NCBI GenBank assembly: GCA_043228905.1 | Contig: JBHGNT010000013.1 | Coordinates: 20,212,001 to 20,276,000 of the forward strand | Direction: 5' to 3' | From: Azolla caroliniana | Lineage: Eukaryota > Plantae > Polypodiophyta | DNA length: 64,000 nucleotides | Part shown: in pieces, positions 38,876 to 50,350 of the stretch | Layout: every line of letters begins with the position of its first letter | Position numbering within the stretch: position 1 is the stretch's first letter | Made by a program: the position numbers and the translations under genes | Notes under the pieces: model-generated | Databases searched by the model: none | What the model saw: only the letters and a program-made list of their open reading frames with translations | Told to the model about the DNA's origin: nothing

Positions 38876-40124
38876 CTCCTTTCTGTCATTGGTGATAGGT
38901 CACAAACTGGATGAGACATTGCATTGCTATTTGCCCTTTAAAATATTTAAGTCTTTCATTTCTGAGCACACTCGTGTATTCTTTTCACATTGTTCCAAGT
39001 CTCTTTTGTTCTCAAGCTTTTTGTGGCGAGCATTTCTTTGGTTTTCTCGGGTGACCGTTCCACTGCTGGTTCGAAGGAATGGTTGTAAATAGTCTACGAA
39101 GCTCTTTCTCAAGCTCTTGCCAATGAGGTAATCCGGGGAACTGCAATAATAATCCATCTGTCTCGTCCACACATGATATTTGCAAGCTTGTTCAGTATTA
39201 ATTAAACTGTAGGTGATTTGATCTTGGATGCCTATGCTCTGTATCATAGTGTTACATTGGTTTTTATATGCTTGCTTTTGATTGTTATAATAACATGGAA
39301 TGCATGAATGGTGGCTGATGGTGATGCTTATGTCTTGTATGTACCATAGATGTCTTAGGGATGGACCACTACTGTCTGTGTTCCATGATGTTAAGTCATG
39401 GATGTTTCATGCATTGCCATGTAAAATGGTGCATGCATCTAAATGGGTCATGAATACATTGTGCATGGGTAATGGGCGGGTTTTTGGCTGTTCCATGAAA
39501 GCACTGCATTGAAAGCTGGCCATTGCATCATGGCCCATTGGACCGGTCCCTCCATGAAGAAACTTGTGTACCACCACTTCATGCATGTTCTCTCCTCACC
39601 ACACTATAAGAATGCTAGTTTGGAGTTTAAAATCTGTACAGTGAAGTCAATCCTAATTTGTGCTTTTTGTATGTGTCATTCTCATATCATAGCAGTGGGT
39701 AGTCATTTTGAAGTGGAGTTTTCTAATGAAAACTTTATACAGTAACGTGCATGTACTAACTATCAAATGCTTTACATGTTGGGTGAAGCCACTCTTCACC
39801 TATGATGGGTCCAGCACCCATCAACTGTCCATATGACATACATCTTTTGGGAAAGTATTCAAACCTTTAGAAAAACACAAGTAACCTCCTGATTACTTGT
39901 TTTGATTATAGACACAGGAGTTCATTTATGGGTCATTAAAGGATAAACATGATTTTAATGGCGTTGTCAAAAGCTTTGCCTTAATGGCAAAAGCGTGGCT
40001 ACCAACTTTTCAAGCTTGGTTGTTGAAAAGATGTTGGAAATACAAGTATTGTTTGTTTCCTTGGTGGTGTATCATTGCAACGGCAATGGCGAACAAGGAT
40101 AGGGCATGTGTGAGCTTTTTGTAG

Positions 40125-40462
40125 TAGTGATATTTGTCTTGAATAAACCATTGAAAGGTTGATTAATGATTTAGTGATATTTGTCTCTAATAAGCCACTG
40201 AAAGGTAGATGATGATTTAGTGATATTTGCCTTGAATATTTAATCGATGAAAGGTTGATTTGTGATTTAGCGATATTTGTCTTGAATATTTAATCAATGA
40301 AAGGTTGATTTATGATTTAGTGATATTTGTCTTGAATATTTAATCAATGAGAGGTTGATTGATGATTTAGTGATATTTGTTTAGAATAAACCAATGACAG
40401 GTTGGTTGATGATTTAGTGATATTTGTCCTGAGTAAACCAATTGAAAGTTTGATCGATGATG
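40125..40462. repeat. Minisatellite, 46-50-bp unit x7
   Basis: TAGTGATATTTGTCTTGAATA..AATGAAAGGTTGATT.ATGATT starts at about 40125, 40172, 40218, 40268, 40318, 40368 and 40415. Confidence 0.9.
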
Positions 40463-42876
40463 TATAGTAATTACGTTGCTATAATGCTCACCGCACTTCC
40501 CCTTTAGGTTTTTGTAAAATTATCAAATATGTTGTTCTTTCTCTTAGTTTGGAGAATTTTCAATTATTAAGAAGGATGTGTAGGTGCGCTTTAATGTTTA
40601 CGGCCCATTAAGAACGTGTTGACACATTTTGCATATTGGGCTTGTCCCTAAGCAATAACCTCTTCTGTAGCGTTCGTTTGATATTGCCATTGCATCTCTG
40701 AGATTGGCAAAAGTTGTTTCTTCTACACGGAAATGCATACAAATTAGAAACATGGTGAAAAATGTAACATCAAACATCAAAGTAAGTGTAGCATTAATGT
40801 TTATCTTGCCATATCTGACATTTGAAACAATATATTCTAATCACCTTTTAATTCTTACTTACTTTTACTTTGAGGCTAATCACTTATTTATGCTCAAAAT
40901 TCATGAATATGCATTATATTGATCCAAACCTTAATTCCTTTGAATCGTCATGTTCCCTGATTTTAACAATAGTTACACTTTTGATTCATTGCATATTTCA
41001 TCTATGCTAGTTCCTACATTCAATGGGTAGCTCAAGCCTCGATTGACCCTGTTTACTTAAGGACCTTGCCTCCTTATCCATTGTTTGGGCTCTTGAGAGA
41101 TCCTACAACTTTGGTTTTTGCTTATATGCATTCCAACAAGCATTTTGTTATATAAGCATACAATCTTCACACACAAAGCATTTGAGCTTTTCAAGTAGAT
41201 CCAATTATTATCAAGAACTACCTTTCTCTTTAGTTCACCAACCAAATGACATATGGGAACAAAACAAAACATAGTGAATGTTAGGGCTTCGTAAGTGACT
41301 CTCAATGTTCACAAATGCACATTATAATGAAGAGAGACATGTGTTTAGGGACAAGCTAGAGTTGAAATGTGGGGATAACAAAATTGAATGGGATAGAAGA
41401 TGCAATATTGCGATAAACGTTGATACTCATACTTACGAATTTGTTCAAGACAAACCATCAATAGTTGTATGCAACCAAGGGTCTAGATGATAAAGAGGTG
41501 TATGGGCTCTAGAATCTATTGGTAAGTGCGGTTTATCCTTGTGTGAAAAGTCTAATGTTGTGGCTTCTTGCAATATATGCAATATAATGTGTAAATCGTT
41601 AGCCTTCACATCTATCCCAAGCATTGAAATATAAGCCTTGTGAAAATCCATAAGGGTATCTTGATACAAGCAAATATAATGCATCCAATCTTCCAAATTA
41701 ATTGATCATATGTTGCATCCATCTTGAACTCATGTTTCAGTTTTGTGTTATGTTCTTGAACTATTGTAACTCGCTACCATTCCCTCCATGATAGGTATTT
41801 TTACATTCTACTCATATAGTCCACAACCCTCCATGCCGTTCATCTAAAAATAATATAAGGTATAGATAAAAAGATTAAATTGTGTACCATTGAATGGGTC
41901 GCTACATTGGTTGGATAACAACCCAACCCATGTAGCAACTTAAATTAAATGAATACTCCTTATGTCGTCGGGTCATTATTGTCAACATGCATATAAATTT
42001 TAGTGAAGACACAATCCTTTAAAAGATATTTTGAGCAAGATCCAACCTCTAATCGTCATCTCAGATTTCAATTATCATTTACTTTAGGGGTTTCATTCTG
42101 CGAGAACTTTAAAAGCATATGCAAAGTATTTATAAAGCTTGTTACAATAAATAAACAAATAAATGAGGACTTGGTGCACACTTCAACTGTAAAGCAAAGT
42201 GGGTGAAGTTGGGATAATTGTTTTATCTACTCTTGAATGCCAGTACTATCAAATGTACATGGTTCTCAAATTACAAAACAAGTGGTGCAAATACCTTCAA
42301 CATTTTGCATAGGCCAATTTTGGTTACCATACCATGATTTACTATCTTCCTGCCTACTCAATGTGCTTAGATAAATTCCTCTAGAGGGATCAACCACCAA
42401 GAGAAGCAAACATAAATTCATAAACTAGCATACATCCCAAAACTAGAAGTAGCTAAATTTCATTAGTCTACGAAGTCCAATTTATTATCCTTTCATTGCT
42501 TTGGAATGGAAGGTGTGATTTTACCAAAGACTATTCAAGACACTACCACATGGAGATAATTGTTTGTATTATAAAGGGATGTTGACATGCACGAACGACC
42601 ATTCAATACACTCATCACATGGGATAAATGTGTGCTGAAGGAGATGTGGCCATATATGGACGTAACAACTACAATTCATTGTCTGAATCTTGGTGCTAGC
42701 AAAAAATATTCGATCTAGAATTTTGAAGAGTGAAATGAAGAAAGTTCCATGTCAAAACCAAGTAGGAATGGGTATAGAATTGAGATTAACCATTGCCTCA
42801 ATACACCCTAGAGGAATAAACCAAAGTGAGAGAAACCTTCTCCGTGAACCACCAAAGCTTCATCCCAGAGAGCCAA

Positions 42877-42966
42877 AATGGGCATTAAAGTGATACTATC
42901 AACTTATGATCCGAACCCAATAATGGGCATTAAAGCGAGACTATCAACTTATGATCCGAACCCAAT
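42877..42966. repeat. 45-bp tandem duplication downstream of the OXS3-like gene
   Basis: AATGGGCATTAAAG.GA.ACTATCAACTTATGATCCGAACCCAAT x2. Confidence 0.85.
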
Positions 42967-43373
42967 AGCTTGATAGAAGCCATTGCACATTGCATTTAAC
43001 GAGGATTCCTAAAATTTACAAGGAAACGAACCAATTTGAAGGAACAAAATATGTATTAAAGGATTATCGGCAACATGTGTCTTAGATCCTTTGAACATGT
43101 GCATCCCACATTACATGGCAAATCCTTTGCTGAGAGTCTTATATGGTCTCCAGAATGAATACAAGGATCCTCATTATGTATCTAATATGCATCATATATC
43201 TAGTTCTCTACATATATATATGTATGATACACATGACCATAGTATAGATCAATTCAAATTTTTTCCCACATTAGCTCATCCACAATGGCTTTGTGTAACA
43301 TGACATGCATGCTATGTCCTACACATAACTATATCGATCTATACATTTATGACTATGTAACATGGCTTCTTAA

Positions 43374-45239
43374 TTAAGATCCACGACACTGCGATTCATG
43401 GATACCACATACACCTTGTAGGTCCGACAAAGAGAAAGATCTAGATGCTACCGACTTCCGTTGTCCCCAAGGTGGAGAAGAAGCTTCACACTCTTGTGCA
43501 GACCCATCCTCATTCATCAAAATTGAACTCAAAGCCACACCCAATGCTGTCTTGCTCTTCCCGCTGTTATGTAGAGATCTCTTCGAAATACTTCCGATAC
43601 CCTTTTGTAAAGGAGGGAGTCGAGAAGCCCGATCAAAACCACTGCCTCCAAAGTTATGTTTCCGCTTTCTCGCATATGGATTTTCCGGCTTCACAATCTC
43701 TTTCAATGAAACCACATCCCCGAGGCAACTAAATGACCGTGATTTCCCCGAGTAAAACCGAGATAATCCTTTCCTGCAGTGCAATGCAAACCCTATTCTT
43801 GTTAAACAAGTTTCCTTGATGCAACATAAACAATTCTGTGAATCATATGAATGCTCTCTGAGTTTTTTTTCTTTATGGCTTAAGATCTTTAACATGTGTC
43901 ATGTACATGTTCCTTTACATGTGCTAATCACACAAGCATAATTTAAAAGCATTGAGCATAATATGCATTTTGTTAAATACATCTTTTAAAAGCATCACAT
44001 TCCTTTGGCATTGGCATACATGTGAGTGACACATCAAATTTTCATCCGACATTCTTACCTTGGGGGAGAAGGTGGTGGAAGAGAATCGTTGGGGAGCTCT
44101 GACATACTTCCAGTGTAGGAGCTCTCAACTTCAATGTCTAGTGCAAAGGAATCACTATCAAGCAATTCATCATTTTCAATGGATAAGGACGATAAGGTAG
44201 ACGAGGATGAGATGGCCGGCATGGTGGTATAAGTAGGCTCTGGGGGGCATTGGGATGAGTCCAATGGTGTATCCTCATTGACCACAACAAGATGGGTGCA
44301 ATTTTTCAAACCCCAAGATGTGGTTTTTGAGAAACCCGTGACCTGCGGACCATTACGAAGAGATCGAGCCCCATCAGATATTAAAGACTGATCTTGACGG
44401 GAGTGCCATGGCCGATCTTCATCAACCACATCAAGAGGTGAGGAGCTCCATGGTGGGTTGGGGAGGGCATCCTGTTTTTTTACTTGGGTCACATTAGTGT
44501 TGGACCCTAGGGAGATGGTGCCCCATGGCCGATCTTCGTCAACCACATCTTCTGTGAAACTTGAGCTCCTGCAAGGAGGTTTGGGGAGAAGAGTGGCTTC
44601 CCGAAGATGACCCCGGTCCCGGTCCGGGCCTCTATACACATGTTTAGTTCTGCTTGAGGAGGCCAATGGAGTGTGGCCCTTACCAGATCCATCATTGTCA
44701 TCATCATGGCCATGCAAACCTGCTGCCCCAAGATCAATATATTCATTCTTTATACTGTCCACACCTGCCTGTACATCATGGCCATGGCCACAGTCCACAC
44801 TTGCCCTTCCATCATTGGCCATGGCCATTAGACTTTCTCCAAGGAGGTTATCACAACTACTGTTCTTTGAACTTCCCCACACTTCATCACAATGGCCGTC
44901 CAATCTTTCCCGGACATCATCATCATCATGACCATGCAAACTTGCCCGGCCATAGAATCCATCGCCCACAAGAGGAGGAGCTGCGCATGCAGACGGAAAG
45001 ATGCCTGCAGTGTGATTAAGCGCCTCGTGGGGCTCTGTTTTTTGAGACGAACACAATGAGAGGGATGATATACCCCAGACAACATATTGAGTCTCTTCTC
45101 TAGAATTGCCCGGAACAAGACCACAGTCCTGATTCAGTATAGGATAGTTATTGAATTTGAAAGAGAATTTAGGGTTTCCTGAGACGACACGGGCATCATC
45201 ATGCCTCTGTGTCGATGAAGGGGCCATGAAGCGTAACAT
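43374..45239 (-). CDS. OXS3: OXIDATIVE STRESS 3 (OXS3)-family protein with long low-complexity N-terminal extension, 526 aa, 2 exons
   Basis: Exon 1 45239-44059 (AG|GTAAGA donor) and exon 2 43773-43374 (CTGCAG acceptor) join in frame. Family motifs SSSSTLSSLSI..EVESSY.GSMSEL.DSLP..RKGLSRFYSGKSRSFSCL..KPENPYARKRK..SRSFSLSDL. The start codon is the first in-frame ATG and is unverified. Confidence 0.87.
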
Positions 45240-45708
45240 TGGCGCAACAATTGTTTTTAAGAATGCTTAATCCGTGATCCCTCTGTGATATAATTGTAGC
45301 TTTAAGCGTCTCCACATCACAAGCTTTGCAGAGGCGGGGAGTATATTCTCAACTAGAGGATGAAAGCTAAGGTCAGATGAAACGGAATGAGGCAAAAAGC
45401 TCATAAGAACCATAGCCACAGGTAGAGAAAAGGAAAGATTCAGGGAAATTAGGGTTCAAAGCGATGTGGGCGATATTGCCATAGCCAAAGCCATAGCTAC
45501 AGCCACAGAGACAAAGAAAAGGGGGAGAAGAAGGAGAAGAGGATGAAGATAAAGATGAGATGATTCTTCTTCTTCTTCTTTTCTAGAAGAAATGAAATAG
45601 TTTTTTAAACTAAAGAAGACATGGTGAGCTTATCCACAACTTTATAAATGCAGATAATTTCTGTGTGTACAAACAAACACATACCATGCTATTCATGTGT
45701 CTGCCTTA

Positions 45709-45775
45709 CCATACATACATACATACATACATACATACATACATAACACACCATATGATAGATAGATAGATAGAT
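45709..45775. repeat. (CATA)n and (GATA)n microsatellites upstream of the OXS3-like gene
   Basis: Direct reading of the repeats. A TATAAA on the minus strand lies near 45641-45648. Confidence 0.85.
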
Positions 45776-47778
45776 CATACACTCTTTTAACTACCCCTTA
45801 TAGGAGTCTCCTCCTACCTTCCTTCATTCACCTTCCGAGAAGCTTCTCGCGCTTGGTTCGGATTTGCACTCATTGGTCGCCTTACCATTTATACCCGAAT
45901 TCTCGTCATTCGTATACCGAAATTGTTCTCCTACGAGCTCCGCTTGGAAAGATCTCAATGAGAGGATTTCGAAATTCCAAAGGAACCCTCCGTTTTCGGG
46001 TCGTGATGAGATAGATCATATAGTCATGACCTGACCTCTACGCTGTCAACACTAGCCCAACATGTTCCCAATCGCCTCATCTTCCCTAATTGTTTCCAGA
46101 GAATTATTCAAGAATGTTGGCTGGCCTAAGGTTAGTTCCCTTAAATGAAATGAGTTGTATGTTTAAAACACCCAAGATTGAGGCCAAAATTGTGCTCATG
46201 AATGATCTTTGCAAAAGAGGTGTTAACCAAAACTCATCAATACAATGGTTTTACCATTGTGGGTTTGTTATCCCACCAAGATGAGAGCAAGCAAATTTGT
46301 ACTTGGGTTCCAAACGTTTTTTCACATGGTGCAAATTTGTTCTTAGGAGGCTCTCTAATCATCATTACAATAGAGGAGTTATAATGAGCCAGAAGAGAGG
46401 GAGTTGGTTATGTTTGATGATGGAGTTGGGCGATTCCTTCTTTGCGAGTTGGCTATTCTTTCATATCATAAGTTCCAACAAGAGCATGCTTTTGCTAGAT
46501 CAACACGTTTATGCTTAATGGAATTGCATATCATGTTGACAACCACAATTTTTTACATTATGACACATCAACTTACATGGCTCACTTGTCTCGCAAGCTT
46601 GTCATCGTCAAACGCACCTCACAATCTAGAGATGATCATTGTTGACCAATTGTTTACTATCTCCCTAGTTGGTAGGATTGATATCTAGAGTCGGATAACA
46701 TTGGCATTTTGGGAATTTTACTTTATGTTTTAAGAAATGTTTAATTTTCTTATTAAACAATTAACATGTGTGTAATAATTATCGATCAACATATGGATGA
46801 TGGATGTGGGAGCCATGACAATGGTTGTGCATGGATGGATCATTGATATTTAGAAGTTTTATGATCAAGGGTGGTTCGGAGGAAATGACTAGGTTCAATG
46901 TACCCAGTGCTAAAATTAAGAGCATACATTCACACTTCATCAAGAAATATGAGGGCTTGTAAGAAGTCTATGTATGAAATTGTATACTTTTGTATTGAGG
47001 GAAAATGGTGTTTTTTATGGTAGATACTTTAAGTTGCGCTCAACAGGAGACCTTGGATTTCGACATTCTTTTGAAAGCAATTGGTGAGACGCTCCTAGAA
47101 TTTCAATCCATGGGCAATTTGGAGCTTGAATAAAACAACATTCTTTGGAGGGCATATAAAACCACAACTTTTTTTTTAAGGTTCTAAAATTTCCACCTGT
47201 CTTAACACATATATATGAGTGAGGAATCAAGCCATAAACGGGAATGATTCAAACCCAACCTCGAGTTTAGAGATAGTGTATGCATGTGCAATGCAAAGAT
47301 CATATTTTAATTGTTTACTTCATTATAATAAGACATGAAATAACAATGATTAATGGAGTGATTGTAGGTATCAATTCAATTTTTTGATAATAGATGGAGA
47401 GAAAGGTAGATGAAGCCATACTTGAGCTGGTTGTGTGACATCGAGACAGACATTGTGAGATCATTATTAGTTCACTACATTCATCTCAAGGCACATTAGA
47501 GTATGAGGTTCCTAATAGTAGGTTTCGTACCTTGCTGTACTTTGATGCCATAATAAACATTGGCAAGAAGTTTACATAGAACCGTATGATATACAAAAAC
47601 TGTAATTTGGCTTATCTTTTATACTTTAAAGGTAATTATAGGCCACACATTACACCGAGACATGTGCTTGTACTTTAGAAGTGTCTAACATCTACGGGCC
47701 TTTGAGGTTATTCCACGTTACTTACATAGGATTACCTTTGTCCGTACATTTAAAACTGGCTCATATCTAACATGCCCC

Positions 47779-47908
47779 TATACAATATCTTTTCTTGTAC
47801 TAGTTTATTTTAGTTAACGTATGCAATATATTTTCTTGCCCTAGTTTATTTTGGTTAACATATACAATATATTGTCTTGTCCCAATTTATTTTAGTTAAC
47901 ATTACAAT
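47779..47908. repeat. ~41-bp tandem repeat x3
   Basis: TACAATAT.TTTTCTTG..CTAGTTTATTTT.GTTAAC is repeated. Confidence 0.8.
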
Positions 47909-49849
47909 GAGAACTGCACATGAAGACCTTGCCTAGAAGGTTTGATAGAGGCTTGGCCTACAATATACTTATACAAACACTATCATAGACTACCTAGATT
48001 TGGATGCTCTTCACGTCAGCATCGTCACCTCCTCCATCTTTAGCATGTGCCATCTATATATAGTATGGTTAGTCTTTACTACTCAAAGTCAACAATCACA
48101 ACTAGCTTTGAGGAGGATAACAATTACTAGTTACGATGGTGGATGATTCGTCCAACATTTGAAGAATGTAGTACTCAATCAAAAGATGATTTATCTGTTC
48201 ACCACATTACAAACTTAAGGTTGTACTCTCTCATACATTCATCATAAACATACAATTTAAGTAAGAACATGTTGCTATTTAATGTTGTATTCAGATACGA
48301 TGATTTAATCTCTACTTTGTGATGGTTTAAAATTGTAATATATGTTGTATTTAGTTTAAAAATGTATGTTTCTTTAAGGTATGAAGAGGCATAGGGATAG
48401 TGACTTATAGATGTCTATCTATCTATCTATTCAATTTCCATGGAAGACCGATTGTGATCTATGAAATGGGGCCTAGCACATGGTAAGGATTGAACTTGGG
48501 TTTTCTCAATTTAAACCACCAAGCCAACAACAAAGAGAGAAAAAAACTCCTCACTAGTTGGTAATGGTTAATCATTCCATACAGACTTTATTGATAATAA
48601 AAAAATCCCTAGACGCTTTTAGAGTAATCAATATTCCATTCCTCAAGCATTAGAGATGCTAATCGTCTTTATGCCATAGACATTGCTTTTGTGAAATATT
48701 TGGGTCTTGACTCTTGACACTTACTTTCCATGATATCTAAGACATTTTATGAGGAAGATAGTTTTGACTTTGCGGACATCTTTACAATGTATTCGCTCTA
48801 GATGATCTATGCATAGTTCAAATAGGTTAGAGGGGAAATCCTTTCTCGACGTCAATGTCACTTGAGAGTGTTTCCAATATCCCATCTCCCGTGCTTTCTT
48901 AGCCTAGAGCCTTCTTATAGAGCTTTGATATCACTATCCATGTACTTACAAGGCAGTTTTAGCTTGTTTATCTTTTTAAACATATTTTCTCGTGCAATCT
49001 CACCAAATTTTTTCTTGACGTCTAAAAAACCTAAATAGAGGTATTTGCTATTAGGTCACTTTTGTCTCCCTTTCTTGCATACGGGAAACAAATTTGGATT
49101 TCAAACGGATGAAATTAAAACTTTCAACATGTTCCCCAAAAGTCTATTAAGAAAGTAGAATTGTTAACAAGGAGTTGGATGCAAGACGAGTAAATGGAAC
49201 CCAAAACATTACCACTTAATTATACCTACATAGATGAACCCCCAAGTTCAAAGCAAGAAATAACCACTATAATTCGACACTTCTTAGTGCGTCATCCACA
49301 TATATTTAGTAAAACGAATAGAGCTAAATTCAACTTAAAATAATTACATGTTTTGTCAATGCAATTGAAGTCTGCAAATCATGATTGGCAACCCAACTAC
49401 CATCATTGGTTGCAATTGTATCTCATAAGTATAACTCATTTCTCTCATGCTTTTCTTTATTGAACATCCAAACATTATCTTAGCGGATGGAAGTTTTGTT
49501 CTTTGGAAACAAATATTGGACTTCTTATAAAACTTTGAATGGATTGGGTGTTTTCTTATTTTCTTTGGATGGTCTCTCATCCCAATAATCTTGCACACAT
49601 TTTCTAATGAATGCATCAACACCATTTGTGCAGTATCAATTCACCTTAACAAATATGTGTGAATACTTTTACAAATGCCATGACTCTTGTATATGAGTAA
49701 AACAAATCATTTACAATTTTATTCAAATACTTATCTTTACTCTTGTGATTCCTTTCAAGAAACCTCTTGCAAATATAGGTTTCTTTGAAGTGACGCTCTA
49801 CCAACCTTAAAGAATATACTAGCATTGTAAGAGCATAATTTCTAGCTAG

Positions 49850-50350
49850 CTTCTTTGAAAAGTCACCAACTATTGGTGGATATGATTAGGATGTGACCAA
49901 GTTGAAAAGTTGACCTTTAGTGTCTTAAATACATTGTACTTTACAAGCATGTACTAGAAAAAGTATGTGGAATTGTTGTTTACTCTAATTGCATTGCGAG
50001 GTTGTAAATACAACAGATGTGGAATGGGTTAGCCATGGGAAGAAGATTTTTGTTGATTACTTTGACATTGAGATTTAGATCATTGAGGAATTTGGGATAT
50101 GTGAGGAAAATATTTATCTCGACTTTTCTATATGCACAATGGCACTTGCAACCAAATGCAAATACAATTAATAAGTAGGATGATCATGCATTGCTTTTGT
50201 CATCAATTCTAGAGAAGACTGCTCTCTCTTGGGTCCCTACAAAAATGACTTTCGACACTGCTTTCCTTGAATGCAAGCCGCTTTAATTAGTCATGTTGAC
50301 AAGTCATGCAACGATCCATGGGCTTTTTTTAACGATACAAGAAACTCAAG
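49850..50350 (-). mobile_element. Degenerate DDE transposase relic, Sola/DUF7869-like
   Basis: The minus strand reads PMDRCMTCQH (~50322-50293), PIPHLLYLQPRNAIRVNNN (~50028-49972), MLVKYNVFKTLKVNF and, after frameshifts, LGH..HIHQ (~49950-49873). This resembles LYLQLDNCxxENKN..VFxxVxVxFLxVGHTHxDIDQ. Element ends not defined. Confidence 0.45.

Noticed and set aside
39294-39421. Inverted repeat CATGGAATGCATGAA / TTCATGCATTGCCATG (possible miRNA or MITE hairpin)
   Set aside because: Only ~15 bp pair, the interior does not pair, and the region is CATG-rich so chance complementarity is likely.
40125-40462. CRISPR-like or box C/D snoRNA-cluster appearance (TGATGA motifs in repeats)
   Set aside because: Units are contiguous without unique spacers, there is no consistent CTGA D-box or guide sequence, and the context is eukaryotic.
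44654-45019. His-rich plus-strand ORF (121 aa) and other ORFs overlapping OXS3 exon 1
   Set aside because: Antisense shadows of GAT/CAT-rich codons, with no independent evidence.
45460-45475. USE-like CCCACATCG on the minus strand (snRNA/telomerase RNA promoter element)
   Set aside because: Imperfect match, no correctly spaced TATA, no recognisable snRNA downstream, and it lies in the likely OXS3 5' leader.
45832-45850. Heat-shock-element-like GAAgcTTC upstream of the OXS3-like gene
   Set aside because: Only two correctly spaced nGAAn units, which is common by chance.
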